A DNA stretch of 63,615 nt, counting the filler, from Klebsormidium nitens (Eukaryota; Plantae; Klebsormidiophyceae): the NCBI GenBank assembly GCA_000708835.1. It is 6 parts of 6 records of this genome, joined end to end, with 100 filler letters (N's around TTAATTAATTAA, not from the genome) between each part and the next. Parts side by side here need not be neighbours in the genome. Positions count along the whole stretch, not along the records: positions 1 to 21,621 come from DF237092.1; positions 21,722 to 45,595 come from DF237892.1; 4 more parts are not named here. The stretch is one strand, 5' to 3'. The number at the start of each line of letters is the position of its first letter. The first letter of the stretch is position 1. Below are positions 12,801 through 25,269 of the stretch, in pieces. The position numbers and the translations under genes are program-made. The notes under the pieces were generated by a model. It did no database searches and was not told the DNA's origin. It was given only the letters and a program-made list of their open reading frames with translations.

Positions 12801-15800
12801 CAGTACGATCTGGACATTCATTTGCGACGACATTTTTGCCCAGTGCGTCCAACTACCTCCCTTAAATGCCATTCTGTGTCTTTTGCCCTCCCTTTTGAAG
12901 CTCCGAATGAAGGCTTCCGTATACCAACCTTCCTTTTCCTGACTCATTCAGCAGTGTCTCAGTCCGCCGGTATCAGGGAACAGGCTCCGCTACTTCCTTA
13001 GCCGTCCCTGTCCTTTCGTTCCGTTCCGCAGGGCCCCAGTGACCCGGTACCAGACGCCAAGGCTCTGCTATTTCCTTAGCCGTCTTTTAACCAACGTTCC
13101 GTTTTCGCTCCTTTTCCGCAGGGCCCCAGCCGGCCGGAACCGAGGACCACGCTCCGCTACTTTGACAGCGAGGAAGGGATCCAAGCGGCGCTTACCTACA
13201 AACTCCAGGACACACCTTCCGTAAGATCTCCGCAGACCGTTGATACACAACCGCATCTCAATGTCGTTGAGCGCGCCTACTATGTTTCTTGCTGCCACCG
13301 CGGTTGCTTAGCTGTTCAAACGCAAATTCGGCTCAATCAAATTTAGCATTTGCTGGTATAGAAGCGTTCCTTCGTGAAGATGGGTCTAGGCCAACGAAAA
13401 AGGTTGTTAAGTCAGGAAGCTGGGAGTGGGTCCCTGTGTTCCACGTGGGTCCCTGTGTTCCACGACTCATTGGCGGCTTCTGACTTGAAATAAATACCGG
13501 TACAGATCACGGAGAGGCGAGGATTGATTCCGACGGAGAACGATCACTCAAATTGTTGCGCTCACCCCACATATTTCTTGTACCAAAACCACTAGGCTAA
13601 GGAGAACTGAAAAAAGACTGCGCGAAGTGTGCCGTAGCAAGTTCCAATCACTTTCGTCAAAGTTGGAAGAGAAGTTTCACGTTCTCTGAGCAATTCCTGT
13701 GTTTTGCTATGGCTTTCAGGGCGCAAGCCATTCTCTCCCTCGGCAAACAAGCCCCACGCGCCGGACAACTCGCCAGCCTTCGCCTCTGAGGGCGACACGT
13801 GTCGCGACTCGAGAAGAGGGACACAGTTTTTCACGTGAGGTCTCGGCAATCAACAAAGGAGCGAACAGTGCGTCAGCGGAAGCGGACTCCACGAGACAGA
13901 TCGGCGCAAGCGAATCGGCGGTGAGCGTGGATGTAGCGAGATCAGTTTCCGCCGGAACGAGCAGTTCCGCCGGAATGGGCGACTTTCCGGAGAGCGTCAC
14001 CTCTCTCGGGACTCTGGAGTCTTCCCCCGTGACCGACAGTTCCGCCGGAAACCTGCGTTCGGTGAGCGGAATGGAACGCAGAGAGGGCGGAAGCCGAGGG
14101 ACGTCAACGGACGTGTATGGTGCGGACAGCTCCAGTAGGTTCGGAAAGAGCTCGATCGGCTCACCCGAGAAAACGTCGACGCTCCTTGACGTCACGGGGC
14201 GGCCGCGCAAGACGCCGGTGTCGCCTCCGAAGTCGATTCTGAGGTGATCCTGAAAACGACCTCTATTTCTGCATCGACACCTGTCAGCTACGCAGGCTTT
14301 TATCATTCCTGGCACGCGCCCACAATGTCGGACGGCCCAGAGTGATCTTGCGGATTCTGTAGAGCTGGATAGCGCACGGATCTTTCCGTGAGTAAAGGTC
14401 CGTAACCTTTTACGTAAAAATTGGCATGGAGATGGAGACACCCTGGGATCTGTATGAGATGAAGTGCGGTAGAAGGCGTAAAGCTTCGACGATGAGGATT
14501 TGCCACTTTTTAGCTTTGCGTGTGTGGGTTTCTTCTACTAATCCGCACGAAGCACGCACAGATTCCCATCACTTTCATCACTTCGAGTACCTCCGCAAAG
14601 ACACCATCCGCTAAACTCACAACGCAAATGCGGTTTCGGATGATCAAAAATGAGTCAAACGCCTCCGTCGAATTTTTACGCCCCACACGAAGATGAGCGG
14701 TTTCGATTCTGATTTTGCGATTCTAAATAGTATCTGCCACACAGAAACGAAGCATTTGCGGCCCCGAACGAGCGGTTCCTCGAGGTCGAGGCGCCCGTCA
14801 AGCGGGTAATACGGACCACGTCCACCGTGGGGGAGACCAAGAAGCTCTTGGCTTCCGGCGGCGAAAGTTTGGCCCGGTCGGGACAGCTGTCGCCCGTGAA
14901 GCAATTTACGCTCACGCCGGAGGAGGTGGACTTTGGACGAGTGAAAATTGGCGACACGGCCCGGCAGGTGCGACGTCAGCACTTCCTAGTTCCGCGCTTA
15001 CGGGTATCGTCATGCAGCGTCGCTCATTCTGCCCTTGTCAGAAAATGTTTCATAATCCTACCTTTGCGTCGAACATTGGAGCTCTTTCGAATCATGTCAG
15101 TCCGCTGTTCAGCTGTTTGCACGGACTGGCGCAGCCGCAGCCTTGCACCGGATCAGCGCAGTCCACTGGTGATAAACATCATGGCTACACAAACGTTTGA
15201 CAGTGGACTGAAGACTTCGGTTGCATTTGCGCAGGCACTCACACTGCAAAACGTCTATTCGGACGTTGGACGGTACAAAATCCGCCCGTTGGACGCGCCG
15301 TTCAGAGTAGCCCACAAACCCGGCCCGGCAAGATCACCTCCTCAAACTTTGAAAAGCTTTTGATACTAAAGCAACTATAGGCGACCTACTCTACAGTCTT
15401 TCTTCATTGTCTTATTGTTCGCTCAATTGAGTGCGCAGCAGTGGGCCTTTGGTTTTTTAGGAAATTAAACCTCAGCAAGCGCCCGGCCGCTCTCATTGAT
15501 TGAAATCTCAGACCCAAGCAGCATGAAGAACTGGAGAGATCCGACCCGCTGTTCTCTTTGAAAAGCGCCGAGCAACGATGTCTGGATTGTCGGTAGAGGC
15601 TGATGAGACGAGTTTTCAAACCTGCTCAAACAGTTAGAATGTCTTCAACTGCCATTACGTCTGCAAAGCCTCTACTCTGACGCCCATGCCTATCATGCCA
15701 CGTCTTCGAGTGGAAAGTCACACATTCAACATCGTCTCAATTTGATACGCCTGACAGCACAAGGAGAAAGTACAAAAGACTGAAAAGTCTAGAGCATTCA

Positions 15801-16166
15801 ACTTCGACGACGTATACGACATGGCAACCGAAGTCGGGTCCATCAGCCTGTTACGGACTGGAAAGTCTTCTGCAATTTCAGATTTGACATTGTGTATCTC
15901 AGAACGAGAACGAAAGGTGCTCACATGAAACGCGGCCCGGGACCGCTGGGAAGCAATTGGTGAGATAAGACCAATTTCCTAGTTGTCACTGCTCTGAACC
16001 GTGTCCCTTCTGTCCTAGGCAGGTGGCCCCGGGCATGGCTGTGAAGATCGAAATTGCATTCGCGCCCACCACGCCAGTTGCGTGTGAGACGCAGCTGGAG
16101 GTCGTGACGGAGTTCAACCGCTTTCTGGTGCGCATCTCCGGAACCGGAACCGGAACTACATCTTGA
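819..16166 (+). CDS. SPAG17: Multi-exon SPAG17/PF6-like axonemal central-pair protein gene
   Basis: First exons splice in frame with GT-AG sites (819-1004, 1996-2163, 2471-2585, 2950-3176). The large exon 8201-10360 has SPAG17-like motifs ETLSADSLAQEW..SYYPREDSLLVRL and VTDPETGVRVVTREDLTMVIISPDG..DGTRI. A TLRYFDSEEG exon lies near 13122-13220. The C-terminal PapD/Ig-like domain reads VDFGRVKIG..LTLQNVYSDVGRYKI..HKPGP|VAPGMAVKIEIAF, with stop TGA at 16164-16166. Not every internal exon boundary was resolved. Confidence 0.8.
5888..6197 (+). repeat. Tandem triplication of an intron 3' splice site plus exon start
   Basis: Three imperfect copies of ccttg(t/a)ag|at(c/t)gtc(c/t)gt.gg..ttgcact.ccctcgacct, with exon-like starts at 5930, 6047 and 6143. 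Only the last continues as the long ORF (IVRGLCTPLDLREEETSRAADEAAAYL). Confidence 0.8.
12961..13160 (+). repeat. 90-bp tandem duplication spanning a 3' splice site
   Basis: ttccgcag|ggccccag occurs with AG at 13030-31 and 13120-21. gctc(c/t)gcta(c/t)tt occurs three times. Confidence 0.75.
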
Positions 16167-17902
16167 GTGCGAAGCGGTCCTGTTGTGAGTAGGTGGCAGT
16201 ATCGAGATAGACGACACGTATCGACCGATATACCTGCCTGGGATAAGCGTCCGATGGAAACTGTATAATGTGCGGGCTTAGATATAGACAACTCTGAGCG
16301 ACAGGGCGGCTTGTAGGAATCGGTTGCTCGGTACTTAACAGACCGGTTCGTGACCCAGTTAAGATGGAGAGGTCTTACCTTTAAGAAGTGAATCAACTGA
16401 GATTCTCCTGATCCCGTCCTAATGCGTTGAAGAACAACAGAGTGGGTAAAGGTTTGATGCTAGCTGATGGCATGACGGTCAACCGCACATGGCTCATGAC
16501 CAATCCGGTTTAACGTTTGGCTGAGAGGACAGCTAGCTATCATCAGTTTGCATGACTCAAGGCATGCCTATCGCATATGCATGATTCTCATGTATCCATG
16601 CATGCCATGATGAGTAACGGCTCATGCAAAAGGGTCTACTATCTTTGGTGGCGCGTCTACGTCCTTCGGTTTACTCAGCGATTCTCCTTTATTTTTCACG
16701 CCAATTACGTGAAGTCCACAATAGTACTTAGCCAAGGCGGTTCTCTTGCTTGGGAGACGGCCTGAATGCACATACAGAGAGGCAGTTCCGTGATCAAATT
16801 ACACCTACGTCTGCATGGGACACGTACGTTCTTCCAGCTTGATTGAGAAGTGCAAGGAGTTATGGTGCTAAGTACGTAACTTTGCATACAGAGCTTTGAT
16901 TTTCACTCACAGTTACGTCAAGTGGGAGAAGCTGCACTGCCAACATAAGTCGAGCAAGACAAGACCGCCTCACGCTAGGTTCTTAAGTCAGTGAGTAATG
17001 AATTGGTGAACCACGCGAACGTTTGATGTCCGGCCCATGGGGATCCAGGTTCTTAGTGATAATCCAGTTTCATGATCCAAATACAGCTGAAATCCTAGGC
17101 CGAACCGTCCGATTCGATCGAATAGAAGGCCCGAGTCGTCGATCGTGAATTTCAGCGTGCCATTTTTAAATCTTTATAAGAGGACTGTGCAAGGAAGCTG
17201 GTGGCCTTCTGACGTCAGTGATCCGCGCGCAGGAACGGCAGACTCAAACTTGCAGTGCAGGCTCAGTCTTGAGCTCAGAGAAGCTCAAACACACATTTTT
17301 CAAGAAACAGATCTTAGAGCATCTGTGCTCGAACCGCGGGTCGATCGAATCTCAACCAAGTCGATTCATGCAGACCCGCAGAACAATATCTGCGCACCTA
17401 GCTATATCCATGCCTCATCCATGCTGATCCAACCGGCGGCAAGTTTGAGTCGAGACAAACTTAGGCAACGTGTATAGAAACGGGCAATTTTATGACATGT
17501 GGTCTCTTTTAGATCGACGCGCTGTCATAGCTGATCACTTTGAGGCCAGAGGCTTCCGATCGTGGCACACACATATTAATTGACTTTGTGGAACTGTCCG
17601 ACAGCTTTGACAATGTTCTTTTATCCTACCCTAGGCTACGGAACCCTATGCAGGTAACTACTGTCCAAAACTCAACGTGTCAACGGTCGCTTTTGGTGGA
17701 ATAAAGATCTCGAAAGCTGGCTGCGTCAACTGATAAACTGTAAGACCAGCATGGCCCATGACCCATTGTATCTAATCATTAGACTTTACGCAGATTCCAG
17801 CGGACAACTGGTTGGAAGTCGCTCGGAAGCCGTTTTTGCAAACAAAGTCGAACTCAATCTGTTGTCATCTTTTGTCTCGAGACTCAAAGTTCGAATGGTA
17901 CC

Positions 17903-20900
17903 CTATACAAACGGCTGCTGGTTATCGCACGACAGGTTACTCCCCGTGCTCACGCCCAGAAGCTTCGCGTACCGGGTGTAATACCCGATACGATCCGGGC
18001 CCCCCAATTTGTTCGAACGTCCGGGCCCGCACTCCAGCCCCCCGTTGATAATGTTTGTCACGACACCAAACCCGGGGAGGCGGTTCGCGGCCGCGTCCGC
18101 GGCGCTCGGGGACCATCCCCCGGTCATGACAGCGTGGCACGAGGGCTTATTCCCTGCGGGGGTCATCCAGAAGTAGATGGCGGTCTTCCACGCGGTGACC
18201 GGGTTGGTGAGAACGGCCCCCGGGTTGTTGAGGCCGTCGAAGCCGATGGCGTTGCCGGCTGGGATGTAGTTGTAGTTCCTGATGAAAGGGGTCGGAGGTG
18301 CTTAAGCAATCACTGGCTTGCTGGTTATATTCGTGGCGACGAAAGCTTTGTTATTCGTGTGCTTTTAAAACGAGGGAAAGCTCCGGATGAGCGCAGTCCG
18401 CTCTGAACCGAAGACGGGGATGCCGGTCTTGTCTGGGAAGAGAAGAGCTCTCCCTAGCTAGAAGAATGACGGGTTCGGCGCCGAATCGTGCAGTCAAAGA
18501 AATGGATCATTGGTTCCGATCTAGAAGAGGCAGATCGACAGCAGACCAGCGTACAAGAAAATCGAAGGAAGTTATCCGACTTGGACTCTCGGGTTGCCTG
18601 AGCCATCATTGAGCGGTGCTTACTCGCGCCAGGTCCTCGCAAAATACTGCTTGTTTTTGATTGCCTGCTGCTATGAAACGGAACCGTACTGAGCGATTAC
18701 CTCAAGCTTCAGCGCACCGCCATGTGAGCGCCCGCACGGGCAGATGTCTTAGTAACGGCTCCTTAGATTCTTTGTGGGAACAAACCTTGTGGTGTGCTCT
18801 TTTCTTGTTCATGCAGCTTTGAGGGTGAACGTACCAACTGTCCCCCTTCTTCTGAAACGTCACTAGAACGGCTTACCAGAACACGTACGTCAGGGGAGAT
18901 ATGATGGGGGATCGTTTATAGTGGTCGGCTTCAGCTCATTGCGAGCAGACTGCCAATATAAGTCAAAGAAGGAAGCTTAAAAAGTTGCTGACCGTAGCTA
19001 GTTTAGTCTGCGACCTTATAGCGTCAACCAACCTGACTGACTTTTTAAAGTCCCCCCCCTTTCTACCGTTGGCAGGTAGCTTCAAGTTTGAGAGAAAAGA
19101 ATTTGTCTGAACCCCGTCTAATACGTGTCTGAAATGAATTGGCCGTGTACTGTCTAGCATGTCTAACGGACGGACGGACGGACCGACGATGCGCAGGAAC
19201 TTCGACGGAGTTCAGACATGTCTGAAAGGTGTCCGAAAGGTGTCCGAAGGCTGTCTGATCCGTTTGGCACATCATCATTGACGACCACAGCTACGGTATT
19301 GACTTTGTTGACAAATTGACGTGCTCCCCAAGTCCGGCGGCGATTTATTGACAATATTGAAGAATGCTTACAGTGTGACTCAAGAGAGCTGCATCTCACC
19401 AGGACAGCTGGATCGGGCCCCGGCCGTGATAGGTCTGCCCTGGGGCGCACGGGTAGCTGGCGCTCGCTTGGCAGTAGAGGTCGGGGTTCGATTCCTCGTC
19501 GAAGCAGAGGCCCCACGCGTAGGGGCCGTCGGGGGCCGTGGCCCACCCGCCTGCACGAGGGAGCGACACGTGGCTTTGCCCTGTTCTCCATGACGTCACA
19601 GCAAATTTTGGCTTTTAACTAGGCGGATAGCAGACCGAGTCTTAGGTTATCGGACAAATAACCCAGCTTTGACCTTGTTCCGGGGCTGGTTAGAGCCCAA
19701 GTCTGGTTGCTGGACATTGAACCATTCTCTGATCTGCCATAAACGGCCTCTACCCATCCTTTGTTCAGAGCCAAAAAGTCCCATATCATAGTTGCGTCAG
19801 TGGTCGAATCTGAGGGCCTACATGCGGAAGGCCTGTCCAAAGCGATTCGTGAGCTGGAACACCGCGTGTCGCATCAAATGCCCAGAGTCTCCAATCTGTA
19901 CGTTCGTGTCTAATGGAGCTAGCAACATCCTACACTTAGAGCGGAGCAGACTTTCAAGGTGATATACGTCCTTAAGGGTACGTATATTTTGCAGAGATTT
20001 GTCATCCGAATATGAAAACGTTTCACGGTCGACTTGCGCTGAGTTCGACAGCCCAGCACAGCAAATCGTGGCATCGAAGTAGTGAACCTGCTGTGAAGCA
20101 GCGAGTCCTTCCTGCTCGAACACAACTCCAGAGAATCAGGTTCCAATGTTGCCAGTAGAATCCAGCTTTTCGAGTGACGGCCGCCAAACGGAGGACGGTC
20201 GGTTAAAAGAAGGACCCAGGACTTGGGACTGCACAGCATGCTTCTGCCTCCAGTCCCCCTTTCCAGCCTGCACTATAACCACCCGCCTGTTACAGTAACT
20301 TCCTCCATGGAAACCGGAAGATGCTATCGTACGTTCTAGTTTCCTTCTATGCAAGTTCCATCTAGAACCCTACTTATAGAACGTCCGCTTTCTGAGCAAT
20401 TTCCTGTTATCAGAGCGGATCACTGGAAATAGGGGGCTGGGTGTTTGGATTAGTATGGCGCGACTCACCGGTCGTCTCATGAGAGATCTGGCCCATGAAT
20501 GCGGCTATCTCCTGCTTGTTCACGGCGGCCGAAGCGGAGCTCGTGCCAAAGCCGGGGAACGCGCTCGCTGCCGTCACGAACGCGTTGTATGTGTAGAAGT
20601 TGGGGTGCTGGCAGCCGCCGTCATTCGTGTGCAGGAAGAACTGTGAGAAGTCCGTTGGAGTGAAGTAGGCACCGATGGGACTACCTGCGGAACGACGCAT
20701 GACTCAAGCCACATGACTGTTTCCCGTCTTTTCTAGTCAATAAACAGCAGATGAAGCCGTAGGGATCAGCGAAGGGCACACGTTTTGGCACTCCAATCAG
20801 GCATGAAGCTTCGGCAGCTATAAGCGTGCGCCGGTTTTCTCGAGCTCGAGTAAGGTCCCACTGCTCTCCAAGGCAAACGACCAATGCCACAGAGTTTTGC

Positions 20901-21621
20901 ATGACTTTGACTGGTAGGGAAATTCGTGCGTGAGGGTCGAATGTCTTTCAGTCCGGCAGACAAAAATGGTTTGAAGGTCCGCCAACCAAAAGATCGCTTC
21001 CATTTCTGGGGACGAAAGTTCCGTGATGCTCTGCGCAAGAGAAGCAAAAGGGACGAACCACAGCTACTCGCTGGTTCCTCGTAGCCAACCTCCACTGAAG
21101 TCATCAGACGGCGGCCATTCGGTCCAAGTGATGAAGGCGGGTAGTTCAAAGGCGTGATCAGATGGAGTTCGCTTTATGTAAGCCGCCTGAGTCTTGTCTC
21201 AAAAACCCTGACCGTTGACCTATGCAGGCTCATCTAATAGATCCCTGATGAGAAGTTCAAACTCTGATTACAGTAAAATTGTTGTTTCGGTGAGCAAGCT
21301 GAATGGCAAATAATCTGGAAACACAAAATAACCTCGGCTCCTCTTCAATGTATCCATGACCTCCGCTTTCTGTAGGACTACAGGCACAATGATCGGAAGA
21401 AGAAAAAACTATGCGTGCCACCACGTTTCTGATTGAGCAACGAGAGTTTCATCTTCAAGACCATAGTCCGTCCAAACCAGACCTGTGTTAAGTTAACGTA
21501 ACTGTTTGGCTGAAGCGCAGGGCTGCAGCAAAAATGGCGGCCCCCTTTCAATTTCACGCTTTCCTAGGCTTGCCTGAGGAAGTTGGGGCCGGGGTGGGCG
21601 CCTTGGTGGTCGGAGCAGGAG
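17903..21621 (-). CDS. Glycoside hydrolase family 19 chitinase (5' end lost in gap)
   Basis: Exons 21621-21574 ([15 protein letters not shown] hinge), 20684-20469 ([35 protein letters not shown]), 19550-19400 ([30 protein letters not shown]) and 18278-17903 ([44 protein letters not shown]). All splice in frame and the catalytic HET glutamate is present. Confidence 0.93.
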
Positions 21622-22916
21622 NNNNNNNNNNNNNNNNNNNNNNNNNNNNNNNNNNNNNNNNNNNNTTAATTAATTAANNNNNNNNNNNNNNNNNNNNNNN
21701 NNNNNNNNNNNNNNNNNNNNNACTCGATAGTTGCGAGCACCTGTCGCAGCTCCCCCGGTGCTATCCGAACGTCGTTCGGGTCCAGGCAAGACAATTCCCG
21801 AATTCGGTGAAGCTCCCACCCCACTTGGTGTAGCAGGGTTGCGCGTTGAAGACGCAGCTCCGTGTGCTCGTACACACTCAGCTCTTGTCCCCTCCTCTCC
21901 GGATGCCCTGGGTTCCCCGTCTTGACGCCTTAAGGAAACGCGTCGAAATTGAACGGAAAGATCTTGAAGAAGATCACTCAGGACTGAGAGATCAGGAGAA
22001 TCGAACATGGGAAAGATCGAAAAAGACCTCTAAGACCACTGTGACGGCGGGGCTAGTTAGCACGCCGTTGGACTGAATACACTTACGGCTGTCAGTCTGT
22101 TTACACATGTGCGGAAACCATGGGCAAGCTTTGCAGCCAATAGACAAGGAAGCCACGTGAGAGCGCCTCTCTGTAAAAGTGTTGCTTGATGCTTCCAAGT
22201 TCTGTCTGCTGTGTTCCCATTCACGAAGAGGCTGGTCGCAGAAACTTGACTCTTTGCATACGCCTTGCGGTTGCCCAACAAGACTTGCTAATTCTGTAGC
22301 AGAAGNNNNNNNNNNNNNNNNNNNNNNNNNNNNNNNNNNNNNNNNNNNNNNNNNNNNNNNNNNNNNNNNNNNNNNNNNNNNNNNNNNNNNNNNNNNNNNN
22401 NNNNNNNNNNNNNNNNNNNNNNNNNNNNNNNNNNNNNNNNNNNNNNNNNNNNNNNNNNNNNNNNNNNNNNNNNNNNNNNNNNNNNNNNNNNNNNNNNNNN
22501 NNNNNNNNNNNNNNNNNNNNNNNNNNNNNNNNNNNNNNNNNNNNNNNNNNNNNNNNNNNNNNNNNNNNNNNNNNNNNNNNNNNNNNNNNNNNNNNNNNNN
22601 NNNNNNNNNNNNNNNNNNNNNNNNNNNNNNNNNNNNNNNNNNNNNNNNNNNNNNNNNNNNNNNNNNNNNNNNNNNNNNNNNNNNNNNNNNNNNNNNNNNN
22701 NNNNNNNNNNNNNNNNNNNNNNNNNNNNNNNNNNNNNNNNNNNNNNNNNNNNNNNNNNNNNNNNNNNNNNNNNNNNNNNNNNNNNNNNNNNNNNNNNNNN
22801 NNNNNNNNNNNNNNNNNNNNNNNNNNNNNNNNNNNNNNNNNNNNNNNNNNNNNNNNNNNNNNNNNNNNNNNNNNNNNNNNNNNNNNNNNNNNNNNNNNNN
22901 NNNNNNNNNNNNNNCA

Positions 22917-24117
22917 GGGGTTCAACAGAGGTTACCGGTGCACAGCAGATCGAGGTCCGTTCTCTCGTCTTCGGAAGCGGAACCCTTCCGGTGCAAGCTC
23001 GAGAAGTTGTCGCCCGGGACGCTTACATCAGCGGAGCTTCTCTCTTGCTGACGCAAGCTTCTGCTGACGAGGGCAGCTCCGCGCTGTTCTTCAAACCCGA
23101 GACTGGATCCATAACCTTCGCGGTTAGCGATCAGCCGCCGCAAGGTTACGTCTTTGCGGTGGAAGCATTCCAACCCGTTGGATGCTCCCCTGAGGACGCG
23201 TGGCAGGCATCCGCTAACAACACCCTAGGCACGTGCACCTGGCTTCACGCGTCAGCGGGACGTTACGCGCGCTACGACCCGCTGACGTCAGCTGCTTCCG
23301 CCGCCTACCGTTCCTCGTCAGAGTGGGGCAGTCTGTTCGTTCTGCACCTTTCCCGGGTGCAAGACTGGGTGGTGCCTTTCAGCGTGACAGTTGCTGATCC
23401 AACGAACGCGACCGAGATCGAGGGTTCCGCTGGCGGGCCGGAAGTTGGGGGGGTCTTTCACTATTCCGCATCCGTCACCGGAACGGAACGTGTTTTTGCT
23501 ACGGCAGCTTACTACCCAGGGGAAGCGCACCCCATGAACGCGCGAGTGAGCGCTTCGAGCGGACGGACGCTCGTGGCGACCACTGAGTCGGAAGAAATGA
23601 CCATAACGGTCGCCTCTGCGATGCTTCATCTGAGCCAGGGAGGAGACGTATACGATCCCATCAACGGCTCGTTTGTATTCAGCGACGTGCGCAGCCAAAG
23701 CGGCGACCGCTTCTTCGTGCGCGCGTTCATATACGCCATTTGCGCCCCCGATGACATCAGCAAGTTGTCAACCTTCGTCAACTGCACGTGGCTGGAGGTG
23801 GCTGATCAAAGCGTGACGCTCCGCTCGATGCCACCAATCAGACCGTGACGCTTGGCAACCTGGGGGGCACCTGGAACACTCTGCACGTGTTGTCCAGGGT
23901 TTCGGTGGTGACGCGGCCGCCCGCGCCGCCTGCCAAAGACGCGTCCGCGGCCGCGGCGGGGGTTAGCGTGCAGGCGGCGTTGATTGTGTCGGCGGTCGTT
24001 GCCGGTCTGTGTCTCGTTATTGGACTGCCATTGGTGGCGATGAACCGGGGGGCATTGATGGGGGCAATCGCTCGGCGGAGAGGGCGACCGGCGCCAGGGG
24101 ACGGACACTCGGCCTAA
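22917..24117 (+). CDS. C-terminal part of a probable single-pass type I membrane/cell-surface glycoprotein, with one frameshift at ~23821
   Basis: Frame is open from the gap edge for ~300 codons, with several N-x-S/T sequons. Adding one C to ctccgctc joins it to TVTLGNLGG.., then the hydrophobic segment AALIVSAVVAGLCLVIGLPLVAM and a short basic tail ending at 24117. Confidence 0.6.
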
Positions 24118-25269
24118 GAGTATCCGTTTCGCGAGCAGCGAGCGATTGCAGGGACAGTTGTTGTCGCCAAGTTACGACACTGGCTAGAGTTCAAGGAGAG
24201 ATTTCGGAAGCGGGTGTTTCGTACTCGGAGGGCGGCCCTTTCAGACGAGGCCTGAAGGTTATAATGATCGAATCAATTTCCGGTGAATTTTTGATCAGAC
24301 AATTAGCAACAGGGTCAGCTCGCTGGAATTCGTTGATTGGCTAATAGCTGTGTTGTCAACTTTGCGCTTGGTCCTTATAGTATAGGTTAAAGTGGCAAAC
24401 GTAGATGGCCTGGCTGGTTGCTTAAGATGCTCGGTGCAGGCAGTGAATAGGTGCATACGAAGGTGCAAGTCCATGTCGCTTCCCCCAACATTTGTACCAC
24501 AGACTTTCAAGTTTAGGGTGTGTCATCCGCCAAGGACCAGCGCGGCATGAAGTGAGAGCAAATCAGGACCGCGGGTGTCCTAACCGATGGTTGAGTCAAC
24601 GTCACCAGATCCAGATCATCGTCATTGCACGATTCTGTGGCTGATTAGCGGTACTCTTGCACATATATATCTGCGTGCTCGCATTATTATCCGTTTTATT
24701 TGATAGGATGTAACGATGTTTGCGTACTCAGGTCACTGAATGTCGCGAAGTGGACATGCTGTAGCAGATGTACCTGTACTGTAGACTTCGTGCGTATCTC
24801 ATGCTTATCTGCAAGTTGGAGCACATGGGGAGCACATTGCAACTACGGTATTAGTGCAGGTGAGCAGGCGACTCGACTACTTGATTTTGAAACTCTGGCG
24901 ATCCTTCTTGGATTGACAAGCGATTCGTTGATGTGAGTGAACCGTTGCGTGTGTATGCATTATTTGCATCGTACCTCTAAGTTCCAAGATTTGTTTGCCA
25001 CGTGATTCACATGCTACTGGGCTGTTCCGACCTTTCGGTTTAGCTCGGTTCGGAAAATATTAGGGGCACGGTCAGGCTGTTGCAGGCTAAAACCCCCACG
25101 GCGCAACCGGCCAAGTCCCCCGGCAGAGCCTCCCGGGCTCGACAAAGACAGTAAATCCTGTCACACCGGACCGGATCGAAAGCTGGAACATGCTGGTGCT
25201 GCTGTCCGCCACGTGTCCTTTTTGGGAGGGCGAATGCACAAACAAAAGTTGGGGGACCGCCGAACTCAA

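Noticed and set aside
13426-13464. 19-bp perfect tandem duplicate gtgggtccctgtgttccac; also 16-bp ctaatagtaaactaac x2 near 41777-41820
   Set aside because: Two copies only with no spacer series; ordinary slippage duplications, not CRISPR-like.
19160-19260. (GGAC)n run and aaggtgtccg repeats in a chitinase intron
   Set aside because: No terminal inverted repeats or TSD could be defined; treated as simple repeats.
21622-21721. Palindromic TTAATTAATTAA embedded in N runs (also ~45640, ~53237, ~56769, ~59170)
   Set aside because: Artificial contig-joining linker with stops in all six frames; not biological. It also means adjacency and distance across these gaps are unverified.
21722-21900. Cys-containing minus-strand frame CTSTRSCVFNAQPCYTKWGG as a possible chitin-binding module
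   Set aside because: Does not fit hevein cysteine spacing, has an in-frame stop, and cannot be linked across the gap.
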